Part shown: positions 1 to 13,500 of the stretch, in pieces
Layout of the letters: every line of letters starts with the position of its first letter
Numbering within the stretch: position 1 is the first letter of the stretch
Assembly: GCA_046563655.1 (NCBI GenBank)
Contig: CM102287.1
Span: 1,550,001 to 1,614,000 of the forward strand
Direction of reading: 5' to 3'
Origin: Yuukianura sp. NJ FZ-2021
Lineage: Eukaryota
Length of the DNA stretch: 64,000 nt
The notes under the pieces: model-generated
Told to the model about the DNA's origin: nothing
Seen by the model: only the letters and a program-made list of their open reading frames with translations
Database searches by the model: none
Position numbers and translations under genes: made by a program

Positions 1-429
1 TCAGATGAAGTACAAAGTTCTGGCTGGTGGGTCTCACTGTCCCGTAAAGTGAAGGAAGGTGGAGCCATGAACTTGTGTAACTCGAAGGGAGCCAATGCGT
101 TGGCTCCGATTTGGTCAAAAAGTTGGCCTAAATCCAGAGATGCCGACTCCGACGACGATGACGGGTTCCTTGGCGCTTACTCCGATTCAGACGACGGGAG
201 CAATGATGAAGACTCCGGTTCCGAGGACTGGTGCAATGATGAAGACTACGCGGATGATGATGACGATGATGACGCTGGAAATGGCGAGCGGAGAAGAGGA
301 GATCAGAGGCAACCGGGCTCACTCAGCAGTTTTGGAACGCCAGACGAGGTTATCCCCGCCGTGCCGTTCCTTCGAGAGGGGAAGGTGAAGTGCCCCGGTT
401 CCCGCCACGTAGCGTTTAGGTTAGAGTGA
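1..429 (+). CDS. C-terminal part of an ORF with an Asp/Glu/Ser-rich acidic tract, inside the LTR-like element; function unknown
   Basis: Frame 1 is open from base 1 (SDEVQSSGWWVSLSRKVKEGGAMNL...DSDDDDG...EDYADDDDDDDAG...) to TGA at 427-429. No recognisable domain. Confidence 0.35.
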   Translation, partial: SDEVQSSGWWVSLSRKVKEGGAMNLCNSKGANALAPIWSKSWPKSRDADSDDDDGFLGAYSDSDDGSNDEDSGSEDWCNDEDYADDDDDDDAGNGERRRGDQRQPGSLSSFGTPDEVIPAVPFLREGKVKCPGSRHVAFRLE

Positions 430-757
430 GACGCGGAGAGTCAGAGGAGGGAGATTTGAGAGCGAGCGTGTCGTGTATAGTTTAGTGTGTAGTGAGCTTA
501 GAGCTCAGTCTGGATTTGGTTTTCGCTCAGAGAGCATTTTAGAGTTTAGAGTGTTTTGCCAAGGGCAGTATTTGTATATTCATCAGCGTATTTATTTGTT
601 CCAAATAAATATATTTTCATGTATCGCTGGTGAGTTCCGGAGTGTTTGGTTTTCTGGTGTCGTCACTGCTGCATGAGTCTGTAGACTCAGTGACGGAGTC
701 TGAGGAGAGGCGTGGCCGAGGCCATTTTCTGCGTTTTCCGTAGCGTGCGACGTTACA
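1..757 (+). mobile_element. 3' terminus of a probable LTR retrotransposon (LTR end), truncated by the window start; different family from the element at 42443
   Basis: Non-satellite sequence ends in ...CGACGTTACA at 757, a canonical LTR ACA terminus, and joins directly to mid-monomer satellite (GTTCTAGGCAC). AATAAA at 604-609 is followed by a GT-rich tract. No similarity to the 42443 LTR. The left end and TSD are not visible. Confidence 0.6.
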
Positions 758-941
758 GTTCTAGGCACTTTATGTGGTGATCGGACTTAAATTTTCTGAT
801 TGCAAAATTGTGATCCACCATAGATCCGAATACCTCCTTTGTCACTTTTTTTGCGAAAAAATTGAATTTTTTGCGAAAAAATTGAATTTTTTCACCAAAA
901 ATTGAGTTCTAGGCACTTTATGTGGTGATCGGACTTAAATT
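758..941. repeat. Satellite monomers between the LTR end and the LINE fragment
   Basis: Same unit as the main array (GTTCTAGGCACTTTATGTGGTGATCGGACTTAAATTTT...). Confidence 0.95.
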
Positions 942-1598
942 AAATAATCCGAAGCGCTAGCCGCTTCACACCAAAAAGAAGAAATTCGAACAAGTCAAAC
1001 TCCAAACGACTAAAGAACTGAAATGGCTTTTCCCAAATCAACTACACGAATTCAAAGCACTCATGCTGGCATATGACATTCAACGATCTCAGTGCCCCCC
1101 ATACTTCATCGAATATTTTCGTCAAAATGCAGGAGGTACAGTCACAACTCGGTCCGGAGCATATTCCAAAATCCTGCACCCTCGTTCATTCAAATCCAGG
1201 GCGTCAAAACTATGGTTTCGTTTACCTGAGGAGATTGCAGATGTCACACTCAGAAACAAATTCAAAAAAGCACTCCGTGAACACCTTCTATCAACCCAAG
1301 AAAAGGAAGTCCAAGCCAAAGAGAAAAATGCAATTCCGAAGAAAAAATTCATTTAGTGTCAATTTCATTTCAACCTTTACTTTAAGTATTTTAATCATTT
1401 CAATTTTTAGTAACAACTTCATTCTTAACTATTCTATACAAAAAATTCCCTACACAATTGCAAATATTTCGATTTCAAACCACTTAAGGCTAAGAACTTA
1501 ATTGTATTCTAAGTTAATTCTTCACAACGTTTGTTTTGAAAAACCTATCTGGAATGGGATAAATAAACGAAATAATAAAAAAAAAAAAAAAAAAAAAA
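942..1598 (+). mobile_element. 5'-truncated non-LTR retrotransposon (L2/CR1 group LINE): ORF2 C-terminus, 3'UTR and poly(A)
   Basis: Interrupts a monomer at GGACTTAAATT|TTCGG. AATAAA motifs lie just before a 22-nt poly(A) at 1577-1598. Encodes KELKWL and SFKSRASKLWFRLPEEI...KFKKALREHL, typical of the post-RT C-terminus of L2/CR1-group ORF2. No clear TSD. Confidence 0.88.
944..1356 (+). pseudogene. LINE ORF2 C-terminal remnant with one frameshift near 968
   Basis: IIRSASRF (frame 2) shifts to TKKKKFEQVKLQTTKELKWLFPNQLHEFKALMLAYDIQ...KKKFI* (frame 1). This resembles the L2-type AARLIT..KK.DHITP.L..LHWL region. Confidence 0.75.
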
Positions 1599-4500
1599 TT
1601 CGGATTGCAATATTGTGATCCACCATAGCCCAGAATGACTCCTTTGTCACTTTTTTGCGAAAAAATTGAATTTTTTCACCAAAAATTGAGTTCTAGGCAA
1701 TTTATGTGGTGATCGCACTTAAATTTTCGGATTGCAAAATTGTGATCCAACATAGCCCAGAATGACTTCTTTGTCACTTTTTTTTGCAAAAAAATTGAAT
1801 TTTTTCACCAAAAATTGAGTTCTAGGCACTTTATGTGGTGATCGGACTTAAATTTTCGGATTGCAATATTGTGATCCACCATAGCCCAGAATGACTCCTT
1901 TGTCACTTTTTTTTGCGAAAAAATTGAATTTTTTCACCAAAAATTGAATTTTTTCACCAAAAATTGAATTTTTTCACCAAAAATTGAGTTCTAGGCACTT
2001 TATGTGGTGATCGCACTTAAATTTTCGGATTGCAAAATTGTGATCCAACATAGCCCCGAATACCTCCTTTGTCACTTTTTGGTGAAAAAATTGAATTTTT
2101 TGCGAAAAATTGAATTTTTTCACCAAAAATTGAGTTCTAGGCACTTTATGTGGTGATCGGACTTAAATTTTCGGATTGCAATATTGTGATCCACCATAGC
2201 CCAGAATGACTCCTTTGTCACTTTTTTTGCGAAAAAATTGAATTTTTTCACCAAAAATTGAATTTTTTCACCAAAAATTGAGTTCTAGGCACTTTATGTG
2301 GTGATCGCACTTAAATTTTCGGATTGCAAAATTGTGATCCAACATAGCCCCGAATACCTCCTTTGTCACTTTTTGGTGAAAAAATTGAATTTTTTGCGAA
2401 AAAATTGAATTTTTTCACCAAAAATTGAGTTCTAGGCACTTTATGTGGTGATCGGACTTAAATTTTCGGATTGCAATATTGTGATCCACCATAGCCCAGA
2501 ATGACTTCTTTGTCACTTTTTTTTGCAAAAAAATTGAATTTTTTCACCAAAAATTGAGTTCTAGGCACTTTATGTGGTGATCGGACTTAAATTTTCGGAT
2601 TGCAAAATTGTGATCCAACATAGCCCAGAATGACTTCTTTGTCACTTTTTTTGCAAAAAAATTGAATTTTTTCACCAAAAATTGAGTTCTAGGCACTTTA
2701 TGTGGTGATCTGACTTAAATTTTCGGATTGCAAAATTGTGATCCACCATAGCCCCGAATACCTCCTTTGTCACTTTTTTTGCGAAAAAATTGAATTTTTT
2801 TTTACCAAAAATTGAGTTCTAGGCACTTTATGTGGTGATCGGACTTAAATTTTCGGATTGCAAAATTGTGATCCACCGTAGCCCAGAAGGACTTTGTCAC
2901 TTTTTTTTTGCAAAAAAATTGAATTTTTTCACCAAAAATTGAGTTCTAGGCACTTTATGTGGTGTTCGGACTCAAATTTTCGGATTGCAAAATTGTGATC
3001 CAACATAGCCCAGAATGACTTCTTTGTCACTTTTTTTGCGAAAAAATTGAATTTTTTGCGAAAAAATTGAATTTTTTCACCAAAAATTGAGTTCCAAGCA
3101 CTTTATGTGGTGATCGCACTTAAATTTTCGGATTGCAAAATTGTGATCCAACATAGCCCCGAATACCTCCTTTGTCACTTTTTGGTGAAAAAATTGAATT
3201 TTTTGCGAAAAAATTGAATTTTTTCACCAAAAATTGAGTTCTAGGCACTTTATGTGGTGATCGGACTTAAATTTTCGGATTGCAATATTGTGATCCACCA
3301 TAGCCCAGAATGACTTCTTTGTCACTTTTTTTGCGAAAAAATTGAATTTTTTGCGAAAAAATTGAATTTTTTCACCAAAAATTGAGTTATAGGCACTTTA
3401 TATGGTTATCGGACTCAAATTTTCGGATTGCAAAATTGTGATCCAACGTAGCCCAGAATGACTTCTTTGTCACTTTTTTTGCGAAAAAATTGAATTTTTT
3501 CACCAAAAATTGAGTTCTAGGCACTTTATGTAGTGATCGCACTTAAATTTTCGGATTGCAAAATTGTGATCCAACATAGCCCAGAATGACTTCTTTGTCA
3601 CTTTTTTGCGACAAAATTGAATTTTTTCACCAAAAATTGAATTTTTTCACCAAAAATTGAGTTCTAGGCACTTTATATGGTTATCGGACTCAAATTTTCG
3701 GATTGCAAAATTGTGATCCAACGTAGCCCAGAATGACTTCTTTGTCACTTTTTTTGCGAAAAAATTGAATTTTTTGCGAAAAAATTGAATTTTTTCACCA
3801 AAAATTGAGTTATAGGCACTTTATATGGTTATCGGACTCAAATTTTCGGATTGCAAAATTGTGATCCAACGTAGCCCAGAATGACTTCTTTGTCACTTTT
3901 TTTGCGAAAAAATTGAATTTTTTCACCAAAAATTGAGTTCTAGGCACTTTATGTAGTGATCGCACTTAAATTTTCGGATTGCAAAATTGTGATCCAACAT
4001 AGCCCAGAATGACTTCTTTGTCACTTTTTTTGCGACAAAATTGAATTTTTTCACCAAAAATTGAATTTTTCACCAAAAATTGAGTTATAGGCACTTTATA
4101 TGGTTATCGGACTCAAATTTTCGGATTGCAAAATTGTGATCCAACGTAGCCCAGAATGACTTCTTTGTCACTTTTTTTGCAAAAAAATTGAATTTTTTCA
4201 CCAAAAATTGAGTTCTAGGCACTTTATGTGGTGATCGCACTTAAATTTTCGGATTGCAAAATTGTGATCCAACATAGCCCCGAATACCTCCTTTGTCACT
4301 TTTTGGTGAAAAAATTGAATTTTTTTGCGAAAAAATTGAATTTTTTCACCAAAAATTGAGTTCTAGGCACTTTATGTGGTGATCGGACTTAAATTTTCGG
4401 ATTGCAATATTGTGATCCACCATAGCCCAGAATGACTTCTTTGTCACTTTTTTTGCGAAAAAATTGAATTTTTTGCGAAAAAATTGAATTTTTTCACCAA

Positions 4501-7500
4501 AAATTGAGTTCTAGGCACTTTATGTGGTGATCGGACTTAAATTTTCGGATTGCAATATTGTGATCCACCATAGCCCAGAATGACTTCTTTGTCACTTTTT
4601 TTGCGAAAAAATTGAATTTTTTGCGAAAAAATTGAATTTTTTCACCAAAAATTGAGTTATAGGCACTTTATATGGTTATCGGACTTAAATTTTTGGATTG
4701 AAAAATTGTGATTCAAAGTAGCATAGAATGACTTCTTTGTCACTTTTTTTGCAAAAAAATTGAATTTTTTCACCAAAAATTGAGTTCTAGGCACTTTATG
4801 TGGTGATCGGACACAAATTATCGGATTGCAAAATTGTGATCCAACATAGCCCAGAATGACTTCTTTGTCACTTTTTTTGCGAAAAAATTGAATTTTTTGC
4901 GAAAAAATTGAATTTTTCACCAAAAATTGAGTTCTAGGCACTTTATGTGGTGATCGGACTTAAATTTTCGGATTGCAATATTGTGATCCACCATAGCCCA
5001 GAATGACTCCTTTCTCACTTTTTTTGCGAAAAAATTGAATTTTTTCACCAAAAATTGAGTTATAGGCACTTTATATGGTTATCGGACTTAAATTTTCGGA
5101 TTGCAAAATTGTGATCCAACATAGCCCCGAATACCTCCTTTGTCACTTTTTTTGCGAAAAAATTGAATTTTTTGCGAAAAAATTGAATTTTTTCACCAAA
5201 AATTGAGTTCTAGGCACTTTATGTGGTGATCGGACTTAAATTTTCGGATTGCAATATTGTGATCCACCATAGCCCAGAATGACTTCTTTGTCACTTTTTT
5301 TGCGAAAAAATTGAATTTTTTGCGAAAAAATTGAATTTTTTCACCAAAAATTGAGTTATAGGCACTTTATATGGTTATCGGACTCAAATTTTCGGATTGC
5401 AAAATTGTGATCCAACGTAGCCCAGAATGACTTCTTTGTCACTTTTTTTGCGAAAAAATTGAATTTTTTCACCAAAAATTGAGTTCTAGGCACTTTATGT
5501 AGTGATCGCACTTAAATTTTCGGATTGCAAAATTGTGATCCAACATAGCCCAGAATGACTTCTTTGTCACTTTTTTTGCGACAAAATTGAATTTTTTCAC
5601 CAAAAATTGAATTTTTTCACCAAAAATTGAGTTCTAGGCACTTTATATGGTTATCGGACTCAAATTTTCGGATTGCAAAATTGTGATCCAACGTAGCCCA
5701 GAATGACTTCTTTGTCACTTTTTTTGCGAAAAAATTGAATTTTTTGCGAAAAAATTGAATTTTTTCACCAAAAATTGAGTTATAGGCACTTTATATGGTT
5801 ATCGGACTCAAATTTTCGGATTGCAAAATTGTGATCCAACGTAGCCCAGAATGACTTCTTTGTCACTTTTTTTGCGAAAAAATTGAATTTTTTCACCAAA
5901 AATTGAGTTCTAGGCACTTTATGTAGTGATCGCACTTAAATTTTCGGATTGCAAAATTGTGATCCAACATAGCCCAGAATGACTTCTTTGTCACTTTTTT
6001 TGCGACAAAATTGAATTTTTTCACCAAAAAATTGAATTTTTTCACCAAAAATTGAGTTATAGGCACTTTATATGGTTATCGGACTCAAATTTTCGGATTG
6101 CAAAATTGTGATCCAACGTAGCCCAGAATGACTTCTTTGTCACTTTTTTTGCAAAAAAATTGAATTTTTTCACCAAAAATTGAGTTCTAGGCACTTTATG
6201 TGGTGATCGCACTTAAATTTTCGGATTGCAAAATTGTGATCCAACATAGCCCCGAATACCTCCTTTGTCACTTTTTGGTGAAAAAATTGAATTTTTTGCG
6301 AAAAAATCACCAAAAATTGAGTTCTAGGCACTTTATGTGGTGATCGGACTTAAATTTTCGGATTGCAATATTGTGATCCACCATAGCCCAGAATGACTCC
6401 TTTGTCACTTTTTTTGCGAAAAAATTGAATTTTTTGCGAAAAAATTGAATTTTTTCACCAAAAATTGAGTTCTAGGCACTTTATGTGGTGATCGGACTTA
6501 AATTTTCGGATTGCAATATTGTGATCCACCATAGCCCAGAATGACTTCTTTGTCACTTTTTTTGCGAAAAAATTGAATTTTTTGCGAAAAAATTGAATTT
6601 TTCACCAAAAATTGAGTTATAGGCACTTTATATGGTTATCGGACTTAAATTTTTGGATTGAAAAATTGTGATTCAAAGTAGCATAGAATGACTTCTTTGT
6701 CACTTTTTTTGCAAAAAAATTGAATTTTTTCACCAAAAATTGAGTTCTAGGCACTTTATGTGGTGATCGGACACAAATTATCGGATTGCAAAATTGTGAT
6801 CCAACATAGCCCAGAATGACTTCTTTGTCACTTTTTTTTGCGAAAAAATTGAATTTTTTGCGAAAAAATTGAATTTTTTCACCAAAAATTGAGTTCTAGG
6901 CACTTTATGTGGTGATCGGACTTAAATTTTCGGATTGCAATATTGTGATCCACCATAGCCCAGAATGACTCCTTTCTCACTTTTTTTGCGAAAAAATTGA
7001 ATTTTTTCACCAAAAATTGAGTTATAGGCACTTTATATGGTTATCGGACTTAAATTTTCGGATTGAAAAATTGTGATCCAACGTAGCCCAGAATGACTTT
7101 GTCCCTTTTTTTGCAAAAAAATTGAATTTTTTCACCAAAAATTGAGTTCTAGGCACTTTATGTGGTGATCGGACTCAAATTTTCGGAATGCAAAATTGTG
7201 ATCCAACGTAGCCCAGAATGACTTCTTTGTCACTTTTTTTGCGAAAAAATTGAATTTCTTGCGAAAAAATTGAATTTTTTTCACCAAAAATTGAGTTCTA
7301 GGCACTTTATATGGTGATCGGACTTAAATTTTCTGATTGCAAAATTGTGATTCAAAGTAGCCCAGAATGACTTCTTTGTCACTTTTTTTGCAAAAAAATT
7401 GAATTTTTTCACCAAAATTGAGTTCTAGGCACTTTATGTGGTGATCGGACTCAAATTATCGGATTGCAAAATTGTGATCCAACATAGCCCAGAATGACTT

Positions 7501-10500
7501 CTTTGTCACTTTTTTTGCGAAAAAATTGAATTTTTTCACCAAAAATTGAGTTCTAGGCACTTTATGTGGTGATCGGACTTAAATTTCGGATTGCAATATT
7601 GTGATCCACCATAGCCCAGAATGACTCCTTTGTCACTTTTTTTGCGAAAAAATTGAATTTTTTCACCAAAAATTGAGTTATAGGCACTTTATATGGTTAT
7701 CGGACTTAAATTTTTGGATTGAAAAATTGTGATCCACCATAGCCCAGAATGACTCCTTTGTCACTTTTTTTGCGAAAAAATTGAATTTTTTCACCAAAAA
7801 TTGAGTTATAGGCACTTTATATGGTTATCGGACTTAAATTTTCTGATTGCAAAATTGTGATTCAAAGTAGCATAGAATGACTTCTTTGTCACTTTTTTTG
7901 CAAAAAAATTGAATTTTTTCACCAAAAATTGAGTTCTAGGCACTTTATGTGGTGATCGGACACAAATTATCGGATTGCAAAATTGTGATCCAACATAGCC
8001 CAGAATGACTTCTTTGTCACTTTTTTTTGCGAAAAAATTGAATTTTTTGCGAAAAAATTGAATTTTTTCACCAAAAATTGAGTTCTAGGCACTTTATGTG
8101 GTGATCGGACTTAAATTTTCGGATTGCAATATTGTGATCCACCATAGCCCAGAATGACTCCTTTCTCACTTTTTTTGCGAAAAAATTGAATTTTTCACCA
8201 AAAATTGAGTTATAGGCACTTTATATGGTTATCGGACTTAAATTTTCGGATTGAAAAATTGTGATCCAACGTAGCCCAGAATGACTTTGTCCCTTTTTTT
8301 GCAAAAAAAATTGAATTTTTTCACCAAAAATTGAGTTCTAGGCACTTTATGTGGTGATCGGACACAAATTATCGGATTGCAAAATTGTGATCCAACATAG
8401 CCCAGAATGACTTCTTTGTCACTTTTTTTGCGAAAAAATTGAATTTTTTGCGAAAAAATTGAATTTTTCACCAAAAATTGAGTTCTAGGCACTTTATGTG
8501 GTGATCGGACTTAAATTTTCGGATTGCAATATTGTGATCCACCATAGCCCAGAATGACTTCTTTGTCACTTTTTTTGCGAAAAAATTGAATTTTTTGCGA
8601 AAAATTGAATTTTTTCACCAAAAATTGAGTTCTAGGCACTTTATGTGGTGATCGGACTTAAATTTTCGGATTGCAATATTGTGATCCACCATAGCCCAGA
8701 ATGACTTCTTTGTCACTTTTTTTTGCAAAAAAATTGAATTTTTTCACCAAAAATTGAGTTATAGGCACTTTATATGGTTATCGGACTTAAATTTTTGGAT
8801 TGAAAAATTGTGATTCAAAGTAGCATAGAATGACTTCTTTGTCACTTTTTTTGCAAAAAAATTGAATTTTTTCACCAAAAATTGAGTTCTAGGCACTTTA
8901 TGTGGTGATCGGACACAAATTATCGGATTGCAAAATTGTGATCCAACATAGCCCAGAATGACTTCTTTGTCACTTTTTTTGCGAAAAAATTGAATTTTTT
9001 GCGAAAAAATTGAATTTTCACCAAAAATTGAGTTCTAGGCACTTTATGTGGTGATCGGACTTAAATTTTCGGATTGCAATATTGTGATCCACCATAGCCC
9101 AGAATGACTCCTTTGTCACTTTTTTTGCGAAAAAATTGAATTTTTTGCGAAAAAATTGAATTTTTTCACCAAAAATTGAGTTCTAGGCACTTTATGTGGT
9201 GATCGGACTTAAATTTTCGGATTGCAATATTGTGATCCACCATAGCCCAGAATGACTTCTTTGTCACTTTTTTTGCGAAAAAATTGAATTTTTTGCGAAA
9301 AAATTGAATTTTTTCACCAAAAATTGAGTTATAGGCACTTTATATGGTTATCGGACTTAAATTTTTGGATTGAAAAATTGTGATTCAAAGTAGCATAGAA
9401 TGACTTCTTTGTCACTTTTTTTGCAAAAAAATTGAATTTTTTCACCAAAAATTGAGTTCTAGGCACTTTATGTGGTGATCGGACACAAATTATCGGATTG
9501 CAAAATTGTGATCCAACATAGCCCAGAATGACTTCTTTGTCACTTTTTTTGCGAAAAAATTGAATTTTTTGCGAAAAAATTGAATTTTTTCACCAAAAAT
9601 TGAGTTCTAGGCACTTTATGTGGTGATCGGACTTAAATTTTCGGATTGCAATATTGTGATCCACCATAGCCCAGAATGACTCCTTTCTCACTTTTTTTGC
9701 GAAAAAATTGAATTTTTTCACCAAAAATTGAGTTATAGGCACTTTATATGGTTATCGGACTTAAATTTTCGGATTGAAAAATTGTGATCCAACGTAGCCC
9801 AGAATGACTTTGTCCCTTTTTTTGCAAAAAAATTGAATTTTTTCACCAAAAATTGAGTTCTAGGCACTTTATGTGGTGATCGGACTCAAATTTTCGGAAT
9901 GCAAAATTGTGATCCAACGTAGCCCAGAATGACTTCTTTGTCACTTTTTTTGCGAAAAAATTGAATTTTTTGCGAAAAATTGAATTTTTTCACCAAAAAT
10001 TGAGTTCTAGGCACTTTATATGGTGATGGGACTTAAATTTTCTGATTGCAAAATTGTGATTCAAAGTAGCCCAGAATGACTTCTTTGTCACTTTTTTTGC
10101 AAAAAAATTGAATTTTTTCACCAAAATTGAGTTCTAGGCACTTTATGTGGTGATCGGACTCAAATTATCGGATTGCAAAATTGTGATCCAACATAGCCCA
10201 GAATGACTTCTTTGTCACTTTTTTTGCGAAAAAATTGAATTTTTTCACCAAAAATTGAGTTCTAGGCACTTTATGTGGTGATCGGACTTAAATTTTCGGA
10301 TTGCAATATTGTGATCCACCATAGCCCAGAATGACTCCTTTGTCACTTTTTTTGCGAAAAAATTGAATTTTTCACCAAAAATTGAGTTATAGGCACTTTA
10401 TATGGTTATCGGACTTAAATTTTTGGATTGAAAAATTGTGATCCACCATAGCCCAGAATGACTCCTTTGTCACTTTTTTTGCGAAAAAATTGAATTTTTT

Positions 10501-13500
10501 CACCAAAAATTGAGTTATAGGCACTTTATATGGTTATCGGACTTAAATTTTCTGATTGCAAAATTGTGATTCAAAGTAGCATAGAATGACTTCTTTTTCA
10601 CTTTTTTTGCAAAAAATTGAATTTTTTCACCAAAAATTGAGTTCTAGGCACTTTATGTGGTGATCGGACACAAATTATCGGATTGCAAAATTGTGATCCA
10701 ACATAGCCCAGAATGACTTCTTTGTCACTTTTTTTTGCGAAAAAATTGAATTTTTTGCGAAAAAATTGAATTTTTTCACCAAAAATTGAGTTCTAGGCAC
10801 TTTATGTGGTGATCGGACTTAAATTTTCGGATTGCAATATTGTGATCCACCATAGCCCAGAATGACTCCTTTCTCACTTTTTTTGCGAAAAAATTGAATT
10901 TTTTCACCAAAAATTGAGTTATAGGCACTTTATATGGTTATCGGACTTAAATTTTCGGATTGAAAAATTGTGATCCAACGTAGCCCAGAATGACTTTGTC
11001 CCTTTTTTTGCAAAAAAATTGAATTTTTTCACCAAAAATTGAGTTCTAGGCACTTTATGTGGTGATCGGACACAAATTATCGGATTGCAAAATTGTGATC
11101 CAACATAGCCCAGAATGACTTCTTTGTCACTTTTTTTGCGAAAAAATTGAATTTTTTGCGAAAAAATTGAATTTTTTCACCAAAAATTGAGTTCTAGGCA
11201 CTTTATGTGGTGATCGGACTTAAATTTTCGGATTGCAATATTGTGATCCACCATAGCCCAGAATGACTCCTTTCTCACTTTTTTTGCGAAAAAATTGAAT
11301 TTTTTTACCAAAAATTGAGTTATAGGCACTTTATATGGTTATCGGACTTAAATTTTCGGATTGAAAAATTGTGATCCAACGTAGCCCAGAATGACTTTGT
11401 CCCTTTTTTTGCAAAAAAAATTGAATTTTTTCACCAAAAATTGAGTTCTAGGCACTTTATGTGGTGATCGGACTCAAATTTTCGGAATGCAAAATTGTGA
11501 TCCAACGTAGCCCAGAATGACTTCTTTGTCACTTTTTTTGCGAAAAAATTGAATTTTTTGCGAAAAAATTGAATTTTTTCACCAAAAATTGAGTTCTAGG
11601 CACTTTATATGGTGATCGGACTTAAATTTTCTGATTGCAAAATTGTGATTCAAAGTAGCCCAGAATGACTTCTTTGTCACTTTTTTTGCAAAAAATTGAA
11701 TTTTTTCACCAAAAATTGAGTTCTAGGCACTTTATGTGGTGATCGGACTCAAATTATCGGATTGCAAAATTGTGATCCAACATAGCCCAGAATGACTTCT
11801 TTGTCACTTTTTTTGCGAAAAAATTGAATTTTTTCACCAAAAATTGAGTTCTAGGCACTTTATGTGGTGATCGGACTTAAATTTTCGGATTGCAATATTG
11901 TGATCCAACGTAGCCCAGAATGACTTTGTCCCTTTTTTTGCAAAAAAATTGAATTTTTTCACCAAAAATTGAGTTCTAGGCACTTTATGTGGTGATCGGA
12001 CTTAAATTTTTGGATTGAAAAATGTGATCCAACGTAGCCCAGAATGACTTTGTCCCTTTTTTTTGCAAAAAAATTGAATTTTTTCACCAAAAATTGAGTT
12101 CTAGGCACTTTATGTGGTGATCGGACTTAAATTTTTGGATTGAAAAATTGTGATCCAACGTAGCCCAGAATGACTCCTTTGTCATTTTTTTGCGAAAAAA
12201 ATTGAATTTTTTCACCAAAAATTGAGTTATAGGCACTTTATATGGTTATCGGACTTAAATTTTTGGATTGAAAAATTGTGATCCAACGTAGCCCAGAATG
12301 ACTTTGTCCCTTTTTTTGCAAAAAAATTGAATTTTTTCACCAAAAATTGAGTTCTAGGCACTTTATGTGGTGATCGGACTCAAATTTTCGGATTGCAAAA
12401 TTGTGATCCAACGTAGCCCAGAATGACTTCTTTGTCACTTTTTTTGCGAAAAAATTGAATTTTTTGCGAAAAAATTGAATTTTTTTCACCAAAAATTGAG
12501 TTCTAGGAACTTTATATGGTGATCGGACTTAAATTTTCTGATTGCAAAATTGTGATTCAAAGTAGCATGGAATGACTTCTTTGTCACTTTTTTGCAAAAA
12601 AATTGAATTTTTCACCAAAAATTGAGTTCTAGGCACTTTATGTGGTGATCGGACACAAATTATCGGATTGCAAAATTGTGATCCAACATAGCCCAGAATG
12701 ACTTCTTTGTCACTTTTTTTGCGAAAAAATTGAATTTTTCACCAAAAATTGAGTTCTAGGCACTTTATGTGGTGATCGGACTTAAATTTTCGGATTGCAA
12801 TATTGTGATCCACCATAGCCCAGAATGACTCCTTTGTCACTTTTTTTGCGAAAAAATTGAATTTTTTCACCAAAAATTGAGTTATAGGCACTTTATATGG
12901 TTATCGGACTTAAATTTTTGGATTGAAAATTGTGATCCACCATAGCCCAGAATGACTCCTTTGTCACTTTTTTTGCTGTGATCCAACGTAGCCCAGAATG
13001 ACTTTGTCCCTTTTTTTGCAAAAAAATTGAATTTTTTCACCAAAAATTGAGTTCTAGGCACTTTATGTGGTGATCGGACTTAAATTTTTGGATTGAAAAA
13101 TTGTGATCCAACGTAGCCCAGAATGACTCCTTTGTCATTTTTTTGCGAAAAAATTGAATTTTTTCACCAAAAATTGAGTTATAGGCACTTTATATGGTTA
13201 TCGGACTTAAATTTTTGGATTGAAAAATTGTGATCCAACGTAGCCCAGAATGACTTTGTCCCTTTTTTTGCAAAAAAATTGAATTTTTTCACCAAAAATT
13301 GAGTTCTAGGCACTTTATGTGGTGATCGGACTCAAATTTTCGGATTGCAAAATTGTGATCCAACGTAGCCCAGAATGACTTCTTTGTCACTTTTTTTGCG
13401 AAAAAATTGAATTTTTTGCGAAAAAATTGAATTTTTTTCACCAAAAATTGAGTTCTAGGAACTTTATATGGTGATCGGACTTAAATTTTCTGATTGCAAA

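Noticed and set aside
76..81. TGTAAC as the left end of the LTR ending at 757
   Set aside because: Only a 6-bp inverted match, no directly adjacent PPT, and it lies inside a continuing ORF.
1073..1501. 142-aa alternate-frame ORF in the LINE fragment
   Set aside because: The LINE motifs are in the other frame; this one runs into the AT-rich 3'UTR.
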